Shown here: positions 32,429 to 39,936 of the stretch, in pieces
How the letters are laid out: every line of letters begins with the position of its first letter
Position numbering within the stretch: the stretch's first letter is position 1
From: a bacterium
GTDB taxonomy: Bacteria; Zhuqueibacterota; Zhuqueibacteria; Oceanimicrobiales; Oceanimicrobiaceae
Direction of reading: 5' to 3'
Assembly (NCBI GenBank): GCA_046757525.1
Contig: JBHHYI010000015.1
Span: 1-39,936 of the forward strand
DNA length: 39,936 nucleotides
Translations under genes and position numbers: made by a program
Notes under the pieces: generated by a model
Databases searched by the model: none
Told to the model about the DNA's origin: nothing
Seen by the model: only the letters and a program-made list of their open reading frames with translations

Positions 32429-33241
32429 ATGTCCTACGCTGCCGGTGTGGACGTCGGTTCCACGCAGACCAAAGCCATAATCATCAATGAGGCCAAAGAA
32501 ATCGTGAGTCGCTCTCTCATCGATACGGGGGCGAACGTAAGCGTGGCTGCCGAAAAGGCTTTCCAAAGAGCTGTCGATGCCGCCCATTTGAGCGATGAAG
32601 AGGTGCAATATGTTATCGGGACCGGCTACGGCCGCTACAAGGTCACCTTTGGCAACAAACAGGTGACCGAGATCAGTTGCCACGGCCGGGGAGCGGCGCA
32701 CATGTTCCCCGCGACCCGCACGGTCATCGACATGGGGGGGCAGGACAGCAAGGCCATTCGCGTCAATGCCAACGGCGAGATCGTCGATTTCTGCATGAAC
32801 GACAAGTGCGCCGCCGGCACAGGCAGATTTCTGGGAGCAGCTTCCGTTGCCCTGGACATTCCCCTCGACGACCTGGGTCCCACGGCCCTGCAAGCTGAGA
32901 AGCCGGTTCGAATCAGCACGACCTGTACGGTTTTCGCAGAATCTGAAGTGCTCGCCTGGCTGGGCAAAGGCAAAAAAGTCGAGGACATTCTCTGGGGCGT
33001 GCACCAATCCATTGCGGCACGTTCCATTGGGCTGCTACGCCGGGTTGGCGTGGAGGATGAGATCACTTTTACCGGAGGCGTGGCCAAGAACACCGGCATG
33101 ATTCGCGCTCTGGAAGAGGGACTGCAAAGGAAGCTAAATGTGAGCGAGGAGTCGCACTTCATGGGCGCGTTAGGCGCTGCGCTGTTTGCCCTGGATCATA
33201 TCATCACCAGCCGGAAACCTGCTACAAAGGAGGTAAGTTGA
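32429..33241 (+). CDS. bcrA: benzoyl-CoA reductase ATPase (activator) subunit, short BcrA-like
   Basis: ASKHA motifs [64 protein letters not shown]; 270 aa. Confidence 0.85.
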   Translation: MSYAAGVDVGSTQTKAIIINEAKEIVSRSLIDTGANVSVAAEKAFQRAVDAAHLSDEEVQYVIGTGYGRYKVTFGNKQVTEISCHGRGAAHMFPATRTVIDMGGQDSKAIRVNANGEIVDFCMNDKCAAGTGRFLGAASVALDIPLDDLGPTALQAEKPVRISTTCTVFAESEVLAWLGKGKKVEDILWGVHQSIAARSIGLLRRVGVEDEITFTGGVAKNTGMIRALEEGLQRKLNVSEESHFMGALGAALFALDHIITSRKPATKEVS

Positions 33242-33243
33242 CT

Positions 33244-34089
33244 ATGGAATACACCTTAGGCCTCGATGTCGGATCAACGTACACCAAAGCCGTTATTCTA
33301 GATTCAGAAAACGAAATTATCAGTCGCAAGATGGAAGGGACCGGCTCGAAATTGAAAGAAGTGGCCGAAAAAGTCACCGAGCAAGTAGTAGCCGCCGCCG
33401 GCTTGAGTCGGGAAGATTTGGCCTACATCATCACCACGGGCTACGGCAGACATCTGGTACCGTTCCGAAACTTTCAGGTTACGGATCTCACTGCCACGGC
33501 CCGTGGCGCCAGCTTTCTATTTCCCGGCACCCGCACGGTCCTCGACATCGGCGGCCAGACCATGAAAGCCAGCCGAATCGATGAGAAAAAACGCGTGGTC
33601 ACCTTTCGTCTGAACGACAAATGCGCCGCCGGCACCGGTGCCTTTCTGGAAAAAACCGTGCGCTACATGGGCTACACCACCGAGGACATCGACAAGCTGC
33701 TTTCGTTGTCGAAAGAGCAGGTGCCCATCTCGGGCGTTTGCGCTGTGTTTGCCGAATCGGAAGTGATCAGCCACCTTTCGGAAGGCGTCCCGCCGGAAGA
33801 CATCATGTTCGGCGCCATTCTGTCGCTGACAGACCGTTCTGTGCAACTGATGAAACGGATTCGATCCGAACCCGAATATACGCTGCTTGGCGGAATCTTG
33901 CGCTGGGAGAGGATGGCGAATGTGGTGCGCGAGCGCCTGAATTCGCAGGTCAATGTACCAGATGGCGACATGCCGCAGTTTGCAGCAGCGTTGGGGTGCG
34001 CCATCCTTGCACACATCCGGCTGCGCAAACTGCGAGAGGGAAGCGCGGTTGAGCAGGAGTCGCCGCTGAGATTGGCGGAAGTAGGATAA
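33244..34089 (+). CDS. bcrD: benzoyl-CoA reductase ATPase (activator) subunit, BcrD-like
   Basis: [54 protein letters not shown]; second ASKHA paralogue in tandem. TTG 33238 is an alternative start. Confidence 0.83.
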   Translation: MEYTLGLDVGSTYTKAVILDSENEIISRKMEGTGSKLKEVAEKVTEQVVAAAGLSREDLAYIITTGYGRHLVPFRNFQVTDLTATARGASFLFPGTRTVLDIGGQTMKASRIDEKKRVVTFRLNDKCAAGTGAFLEKTVRYMGYTTEDIDKLLSLSKEQVPISGVCAVFAESEVISHLSEGVPPEDIMFGAILSLTDRSVQLMKRIRSEPEYTLLGGILRWERMANVVRERLNSQVNVPDGDMPQFAAALGCAILAHIRLRKLREGSAVEQESPLRLAEVG

Positions 34090-34275
34090 CGAGCGTTGCA
34101 TGAAAGAGTGCCGTGGTTGCGAAGCCATCTTCTATTTTCAGGTAAGAGGTGGCTTCGCTGAGAAGCGCCGGCATTGGGCCATGAAGGGTAAATAAACCCC
34201 ACGCCAGCCGCAAAGGCACCAAAAAGTAACTGCGTGGGTTCGTTGTCAATAGTCTAATTGTTGAGAGGAAGAAAG

Positions 34276-34872
34276 ATGAGAGCAACCGATATTTTGTTCG
34301 AAGAACATCGCATCATTATGAAAGTATTGGAATGCCTGCAAAGAATTGTGGAGGAAGCTGAGGGGAATGGCAGGCTGAACGGGGAATCGGCCGATACGGC
34401 CCTTGATTTTTTTCGCAACTTTGCAGACGGCTGTCACCATGCCAAAGAGGAGGACCGTCTGTTTGTGGTTTTGGAGGAGCAGGGCATTCCCCGTGAAGGC
34501 GGACCCATTGGCGTGATGCTGATGGAGCATGACCACGGCAGACGCTACGTAAGAGGCATGGCTGACAGTGCGGAAAAAGCGACGCAGGGAGAGCCACAGG
34601 CGATTCAGAGTTTCGCTGAAAACGCCCGCGACTTCATGGTGCTCCTGAGAAACCACATCGACAAAGAAGATCAAGTCCTTTTTCCCATGGCGGTTGAGAC
34701 TTTGCGGGATCAAGCCAAACAGGCCCTGTTTTTTGATTTCAAGCGCATCGAAGCAGAAGCCGGCGGCAAGCGGCATTCTCACTACCTCGAAGTCGCGCGA
34801 AAGCTTTGCGAGCAGTACGGCGTTGATTTCGTCGACGAGAACCAGATACAAACCCTGCTTCATGAATTTTGA
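34276..34872 (+). CDS. hemerythrin/HHE cation-binding domain protein
   Basis: EEHRII, DGCHHAKEEDRLF, GPIGVMLMEHDHGR, LRNHIDKEDQVLFPMA. Confidence 0.9.
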   Translation: MRATDILFEEHRIIMKVLECLQRIVEEAEGNGRLNGESADTALDFFRNFADGCHHAKEEDRLFVVLEEQGIPREGGPIGVMLMEHDHGRRYVRGMADSAEKATQGEPQAIQSFAENARDFMVLLRNHIDKEDQVLFPMAVETLRDQAKQALFFDFKRIEAEAGGKRHSHYLEVARKLCEQYGVDFVDENQIQTLLHEF

Positions 34873-34883
34873 GCTTTAGAATA

Positions 34884-35201
34884 ATGAACGGAAAGACCGA
34901 TCGATCGTCCGTCCAAAACGATCCGCTAAAAGTGGTGAGCAATGGCTGCTCAAACAGGAGCACTAATATTCTCGGCTGCACCATACCGGCAGACCCAGAA
35001 TTGCTCGCCGCAGGCTGGGAAAGAAGATTCATCGCTGACGCGAGAATGGCGCGCGATGCTATCGACACCTACGGCGATCTGGGCTACGAGGTGAGATTGG
35101 AGCCCATCGATCCGGAAGGGTTGAGGGATGAATGCAGTGGCTGCAAGGTGTTGTTTAAACACTTTAGCGCCGTTTACACGCGCAAGAAACCGGCGCAATG
35201 A
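34884..35201 (+). CDS. small hypothetical protein with CxxC
   Basis: DPELLAAGWERRFIAD...YGDLGYEVRLEP...ECSGC...VYTR looks like a folded domain; starts 11 nt after the hemerythrin stop. Confidence 0.65.
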   Translation: MNGKTDRSSVQNDPLKVVSNGCSNRSTNILGCTIPADPELLAAGWERRFIADARMARDAIDTYGDLGYEVRLEPIDPEGLRDECSGCKVLFKHFSAVYTRKKPAQ

Positions 35202-35326
35202 GTACTGAGGTCTCGCGGTGCAAAGACCGGTGTGGCCCATGATCTGAACCCCTTTTTGCTCTCAAGCTTCTTCCAATATCCGCATTCACACCATTTTAGC
35301 CTACATATAGTAAAGGCAACAACGCG

Positions 35327-35731
35327 ATGAAATGCAACTTTACAACTCGGCTTGCTAAACAGGAAGGCTTCACCTTGCTGGAGGTGCTGGTGGCGCTGGC
35401 GCTGATTGCCGTCACCTTCCTGGCGATTTCCAGAGCGCTGGTTCTTTACCTGCAGTCTTCGGAATCGTGGCAAAATTTAGCCACGGCCACCGTTCTGGCT
35501 CAAAACAAGTTGAGCGAAATCGAAATGCAGGAGAATCTAACCCCTGGAACGACCGATGGGAACTTTCCCGAATTCCCCAAATTTCGATGGATCGCCAGGA
35601 TTTCGGGAATAGACATGCATCGGTTAAACACCTTGCGCAAAGTCGAAATCACCATCGTATGGCAGGAAGAAGGGGAAGCTAACGAATTTCAAATGGAAAC
35701 GCTTTTGACGCAGAGTGTGGGTGGGCTATGA
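35327..35731 (+). CDS. gspI: type II secretion minor pseudopilin GspI-like
   Basis: Prepilin site EG|FTLLEVLVALALIA, LAQNKLSEI, FRW, LRKVEITIVW. Confidence 0.82.
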   Translation: MKCNFTTRLAKQEGFTLLEVLVALALIAVTFLAISRALVLYLQSSESWQNLATATVLAQNKLSEIEMQENLTPGTTDGNFPEFPKFRWIARISGIDMHRLNTLRKVEITIVWQEEGEANEFQMETLLTQSVGGL

Positions 35732-36297
35732 AAGACGAATCCGGATTCACGTTGGTCGAGGTGTTGTTGGCCACGGCTATCATGGCCGTTATTCTTACGG
35801 TCCTCTACACCCTGTTTTCAAATCTGATGACCGTTTTCGGCTATCACCAGAACGAGAACCAGATTCACGAAGATGGAGTCCTGGCTTTATCGCAAATAAC
35901 TGAGGAAATAAGCTGCGCTTTTCTGTCCGAGAGTAACAAAAAGATCGTTTTTGTGGGCGACGAGAACGGCTTGCATTTTTTCACGACCTCCACGCCGGAG
36001 GCCCGGGCTCAAGCCGGCGATCTGAAAGAAAGAACCTATGGTCTCGAACCCGACCCCAGGAGTCCTTCGGGCCTGTTTCTGTTAAAGGGCAACGACGATC
36101 GGGTGGCGGCGCATCTCAAGAGGATTCGATTTCAATATTACGACGGCCAGCACTGGATGAACGCATGGGACTCGCGCATCTCCAACCAGTTGCCGGCCGG
36201 GGTTCAGGTGAGCTTGTATTTTGTCGACAAGCGAGGTCAGGTGGTACCGCTAAGAGCTGTTGTGAAGGTTGCCCTGCACAGTAAAGGAGGCCCATGA
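35728..36297 (+). CDS. gspJ: type II secretion minor pseudopilin GspJ-like
   Basis: SG|FTLVEVLLATAIMA, FQYYDGQHWMNAW...LPAGVQVSL; ATGA overlap with gspI. Confidence 0.82.
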   Translation: MKDESGFTLVEVLLATAIMAVILTVLYTLFSNLMTVFGYHQNENQIHEDGVLALSQITEEISCAFLSESNKKIVFVGDENGLHFFTTSTPEARAQAGDLKERTYGLEPDPRSPSGLFLLKGNDDRVAAHLKRIRFQYYDGQHWMNAWDSRISNQLPAGVQVSLYFVDKRGQVVPLRAVVKVALHSKGGP

Positions 36298-37223
36298 AGT
36301 CGCTCAACAATGAACAAGGCTCGGTGCTGATTCTGGTCTTGGCCATCATCGCGGTAGCCTCCCTGGTGGCCCTGGGACTGAGCAAAGCCAGCGTTGCAAA
36401 GTTGACCCTGGCTCGACAGGTTGCGGACGATGCGCAGGCGCTGGCCGCAGCCAAAGCTGGCCTGACCCTGGCCGAAGCCGCTCTCGAGGCAGACGACCCA
36501 GGCTTTGACGCCGAGACCGATATCTGGGCCAGGAAGGTTCCGCCGTTCAAGGTTGGCGCGGGCGAGGTCACGGTGACAATTGAAGATGAAAGAGCCAAAC
36601 TCAGCGTCAACCAGTTGATCGATGATTTTGGCAACCTCAATGGGAAAGTCAAGGCGCAGTTCGAGAGACTGTTTCTCAACCTTAAATTGAATCTCGATTT
36701 GCTCGAGCCTATTATCGACTGGCTGGACTCAGATGAGCAGGCTTTGTATTTCGGTGCAGAGTCGGATTACTACCAGAGCCTGAGTCCAGCCTATCCCGCA
36801 AAAAACGGACCTCTGGACACCCTGCCGGAGATGCTGCTGATCAAAGGAATCGATGCGCACACTTTCCTGGCCGATTCTACCGGACTGTGCCGTTACCTGA
36901 CCCTCTACGGCAGCAGCCGAATTAACATCAATACCGCTCCTGCCAGAGTCCTGGCCTCGCTTTCCGACGAGCTGGACGACCTGACCATCCGCAAAATTCT
37001 CGAATATCGAACCAGGACGCCATTCACACAGATTTCCCAGTTAAAGCAGATCGACGGGCTCAGCGACGAAACTTATCAGGAGATCGATGGTTCTATTACT
37101 GTAAATAGCGAGTATTTTACCATAAAATCCCGGGGACGCTGCGCTACGGCTACCAAATCCATTACGGCTGTTGTCCACCGCGTCGCCAACGAACTCAAAT
37201 TCTTGTACTGGACAGTCGATTAG
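36294..37223 (+). CDS. gspK: type II secretion minor pseudopilin GspK
   Basis: QG|SVLILVL (no Glu5), IEDERAKLSVN, IIDWLDSD, GAESDYY, KNGPLDTLPEMLLIKGI, ININTAP, SEYFTIKS; ATGA overlap with gspJ. Confidence 0.9.
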   Translation: MKSLNNEQGSVLILVLAIIAVASLVALGLSKASVAKLTLARQVADDAQALAAAKAGLTLAEAALEADDPGFDAETDIWARKVPPFKVGAGEVTVTIEDERAKLSVNQLIDDFGNLNGKVKAQFERLFLNLKLNLDLLEPIIDWLDSDEQALYFGAESDYYQSLSPAYPAKNGPLDTLPEMLLIKGIDAHTFLADSTGLCRYLTLYGSSRININTAPARVLASLSDELDDLTIRKILEYRTRTPFTQISQLKQIDGLSDETYQEIDGSITVNSEYFTIKSRGRCATATKSITAVVHRVANELKFLYWTVD

Positions 37224-37263
37224 ACACCTGAGTGATTGACCGATTACTTAAGAAAGGAGATTC

Positions 37264-37734
37264 ATGCGGATTTCGACAGCCTGTGATTATGCCTTGCACA
37301 GTCTGCTTTACATTGCTGTCCACACGCGGTCAGACCACGCCAGCATTTTGATCGATGACATGGCCACAGCTCAGAACATTCCCAAGAGTTATTTGGCCAA
37401 GATTTTTCAGATGTTAGCTAAGTCCAACCTGGTGAAATCCAAACGGGGGGCTAAAGGCGGATTTAGTCTGGCCCGGCCGGCTCAGGAAATTACCATGGCC
37501 GAGGTGGTCAGGGCCATCGAGGGGACGCAGCCGATTTACAACTGCGAATCCCTGCAAGACTCTTGTGAGATGTTTCCTCGCTGTACTATTCTTTCGGTTT
37601 TCAGAGAGGCTGAAGAGAAAATGTACCAGGTTCTCAGCCGAACTACGCTAAAAGATTTGGTTGTGGAAGTGAGTCGATTCCCCGACAAAATAGGCTGGCT
37701 GCGCAAGAAGGATAAGGCGGTTGTGGTAGAGTGA
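37264..37734 (+). CDS. Rrf2 family transcriptional regulator (3-Cys, Fe-S type)
   Basis: DYALHSLLYIA, IPKSYLAKIFQMLAKSNLVKSKRGAKGGFSLARPAQEITMAEVVRAIEG, C-x7-C-x5-C; RBS AAGGAG. Confidence 0.93.
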   Translation: MRISTACDYALHSLLYIAVHTRSDHASILIDDMATAQNIPKSYLAKIFQMLAKSNLVKSKRGAKGGFSLARPAQEITMAEVVRAIEGTQPIYNCESLQDSCEMFPRCTILSVFREAEEKMYQVLSRTTLKDLVVEVSRFPDKIGWLRKKDKAVVVE

Positions 37735-38004
37735 CTGAGGCTCTCCGCCACGCCGCGTGAATCCGTGGCTTTCTAATTGTTACCCACACAAAACGACAGT
37801 GCGCCTTCTTATTTTATCTGACCGCAAACTTATTGTAACAACAGCTTTCCTTCTGCTATTCCCCAAAACCAACAAAAAAACCCTCTTGTTTCCGCAAAGT
37901 AAAATCATTGCGGTATGATTGTAATAAATAGACGTTATTTAGGAGTTAAAAGGTCTTAAATGGGTTAAGAATGCCTTTCAACTATTGCTGTGTGAATTGT
38001 TGTA

Positions 38005-38991
38005 GTGCGGCGAGTTCCATTTAATTTGAAACCTCTTCGTGAATATGTAACGATTTTGAATTGCATAATCTTGTGTTCTTATGCACCGGTGTCGCCGTAC
38101 CAGGAGCAGCTCGGGGCCAAGGGCTACGAAGATATTCTATTGCCATCGGGGGAGTTTGTGAAACAACAAAACGCGCAGTGCCTGCAGTGTCACCACTTAG
38201 GGGAAGGCTTCAAATATCAGAGCACTGAGATTCACAAAGAATTGGCCTGTACCAATTGCCACATCGATATTTCGGAATTTCCCCACCTTGCAACTGTTGA
38301 AGTTGGGCAGAGGGCGAACAAAAATGGCTTCGGACAGGTGAGTTCTGCAAGGAAGCATTTTACCGGTGCGAGCTATTCCTGTATCACCTGTCATGACAAA
38401 GAATATGCTGATTTTTTGTCCGACAGTCACGGCAGGGCACTTTTTGAGCAGGCCAATTTTAAGGCCCCTCTATGCACGGATTGCCACCGCCGCCACAACC
38501 CATTTAGCAAACAAGACCTGCGGTCGCGAGTTTATCCCGTGAACATTCCCAAAACTTGTGTCCGCGACTGCCACGCTGGCATCGAGGAACTCGTTCTGCG
38601 GGATTCCACCGCCTCAGGTCAGGTTGTTTATGAGAGTAGCCCGGAGGAGGCGTATTTCGAAAGCGGGCACTGGAAAGCGCTCAAATACGGCATGGTCAAC
38701 AGTGCCCAGTGCGTGAGCTGTCACACGGCGCACCAAATATTAGGGCCTGATGCACCCCAATCTTCGATCAATATGGCTAATAGGATTCAAACTTGTGGCC
38801 AAAAGAGCTGTCACCCACAGACCAATGCAAACTTCGTTCAGGCTGCGGGACATGCGATCCCTTCTCGCCACAAGAGAGCTGTGCTATTCTACGCGAAGAA
38901 ACTCTTTTCCTTATTGATTTGGACGGTTTTTTCGTTACTGGCGGTTTACATTTCAATGGACGCTTACAAGAGATTGAGAAAGCAGCGCTAA
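38005..38991 (+). CDS. membrane-anchored multiheme cytochrome c
   Basis: CLQCH, CTNCH, CITCH, CTDCH, CVSCH (5 canonical) plus CVRDCH and CGQKSCH; C-terminal TM. Start codon uncertain. Confidence 0.88.
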   Translation: MRRVPFNLKPLREYVTILNCIILCSYAPVSPYQEQLGAKGYEDILLPSGEFVKQQNAQCLQCHHLGEGFKYQSTEIHKELACTNCHIDISEFPHLATVEVGQRANKNGFGQVSSARKHFTGASYSCITCHDKEYADFLSDSHGRALFEQANFKAPLCTDCHRRHNPFSKQDLRSRVYPVNIPKTCVRDCHAGIEELVLRDSTASGQVVYESSPEEAYFESGHWKALKYGMVNSAQCVSCHTAHQILGPDAPQSSINMANRIQTCGQKSCHPQTNANFVQAAGHAIPSRHKRAVLFYAKKLFSLLIWTVFSLLAVYISMDAYKRLRKQR

Positions 38992-39797
38992 TGGTCAACG
39001 ACAAAAGGCAACCCGGTAAACACAGGCCCGCGCACAGAACCTTTTTGCGGTTTCCGTTGAAACACCGGATCATGCATTGGATATTTGCGTTATCTTTCAT
39101 CGTGTTGGCTTTGACCGGACTCCCTTTAAGATTTGACGGGCTTGCTTTTCTGATTCCTGTATTTGGCGGCATCGTCGTTGTGCACAGAATGCATTACGTA
39201 GCAGCGGCTGGTTTGAGCGCTGTGTTCTTATTCCACCTCCTGCTCGACGTGATTCCCTTGCTGCGCAGGATTTACGCGAAAGTAAGCGGATTAGAGATTT
39301 CTTTGTTGCTAAAATGCAAGAGGTTCTGGCATGCCATTCCCCTGCTGCCGCATGGCAAAGACCTGGAAGATGTGAGGGAATTGATTCTGTACTACTGCAA
39401 TGTCGTGCAATCGAAGCCCCAATTCGACAGGTTCAACGTCCATCACAAGTTTGGCTATCTGGCTGTGTTCTGGGGCATGCCCGTGATGATGCTTTCGGGT
39501 CTGGCGATGTTGAAGCCCATGTGGGTTACCAGATTGCTGCCTGGTGACTTCGTCCTCCTGGCCAAACTGGCGCACAGCGAGGAGGCTCTCTTAGCGATCG
39601 GCGTCATTTTCGTCTGGCACTTGTACGAGGTGAGATTTCCATTCGTCAAACGGATGCTGACCGGGCGACTGTCGGAAGAGGAGATGATGCGACATCATCC
39701 GTTGGAGTACCAACGGATTCTCAGGCAAAGAGCACGACAACTGCGCACGCTTCCAACTGAGCCAGCGGAGGGAGGGTTGGAGGAGTCTTCTCAATGA
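38991..39797 (+). CDS. di-heme cytochrome b (FdnI/HydC-type, CbcL b-domain-like)
   Basis: RFPLKHRIMHW, LALTGLP, VHRMHY, FDRF...KFGYLAVFWGMPVMMLSGL, AHSEEALLA, VWHLY, HPLEY; TAATG coupling to the cytochrome c gene. Confidence 0.88.
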   Translation: MVNDKRQPGKHRPAHRTFLRFPLKHRIMHWIFALSFIVLALTGLPLRFDGLAFLIPVFGGIVVVHRMHYVAAAGLSAVFLFHLLLDVIPLLRRIYAKVSGLEISLLLKCKRFWHAIPLLPHGKDLEDVRELILYYCNVVQSKPQFDRFNVHHKFGYLAVFWGMPVMMLSGLAMLKPMWVTRLLPGDFVLLAKLAHSEEALLAIGVIFVWHLYEVRFPFVKRMLTGRLSEEEMMRHHPLEYQRILRQRARQLRTLPTEPAEGGLEESSQ

Positions 39798-39896
39798 AAG
39801 GTTTGACAGTTACGGGGGTAGTTCATTCTACAAAACCCTGAGGTGAACGAGATGTTTGCGCTACGAAGAACAGCGTTTCAAGCGAGCAGTTTGCGA

Positions 39897-39936
39897 GTCA
39901 TCCCGAGTAGGTCACCGCTGTTCAGGTGACCGTATC
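39897..39936. repeat. start of a second REP-like element (truncated by window end)
   Basis: GTCATCCCGAG followed by hairpin GGTCACC-N8-GGTGACC, the same layout as GTCATTTCGAG plus hairpin at 7369. Confidence 0.4.

Noticed and set aside
29789..34089. Alternative call as 2-hydroxyacyl-CoA dehydratase plus activator
   Set aside because: Two distinct ATPase subunits and adjacent had, oah and dch favour benzoyl-CoA reductase.
34193..34240. Imperfect hairpin AACCCCACGC...GCGTGGGTT before the hemerythrin gene
   Set aside because: Large loop and no U-tract or known motif; not enough to call a terminator or RNA.
39852..39929. 25-codon ORF after a GAGGTG RBS-like site
   Set aside because: Very short, overlaps the REP-like element, no recognisable features.

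Overview
Bacterial chromosomal window, mostly + strand, from a diderm organism (Mla, Tat and T2SS genes are present; the taxon cannot be fixed from this sequence alone). 1-24 kb is housekeeping and envelope/protein quality control: a partial lexA that the ORF track missed, ridA, mlaEFD, a DUF971-like protein, an ABC exporter, pepF, clpB, degP, a stand-alone diadenylate cyclase, a B12-dependent radical SAM enzyme, a Tat-exported PLP enzyme, htpX, ftsH, glnA and queD. 24-35 kb is an anaerobic benzoyl-CoA dearomatisation cluster: an Rrf2 regulator, a sigma70 promoter overlapped by a perfect 30-bp palindrome, had, oah, a BadL-like GNAT, a cupredoxin, dch, an SDR, a four-subunit ATP-dependent class I benzoyl-CoA reductase with a short BcrA-type subunit, a hemerythrin and a small CxxC protein. 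35-40 kb continues on the same strand with an isolated gspIJK pseudopilin trio, a second Rrf2, and a multiheme cytochrome c / cytochrome b pair resembling a split CbcL. The most notable items are this aromatic-catabolism plus redox module, its apparent BadM/BadL-like control with a visible operator, and a candidate LexA box at the lexA promoter. Protein family calls come from motif recognition; no database search was run.
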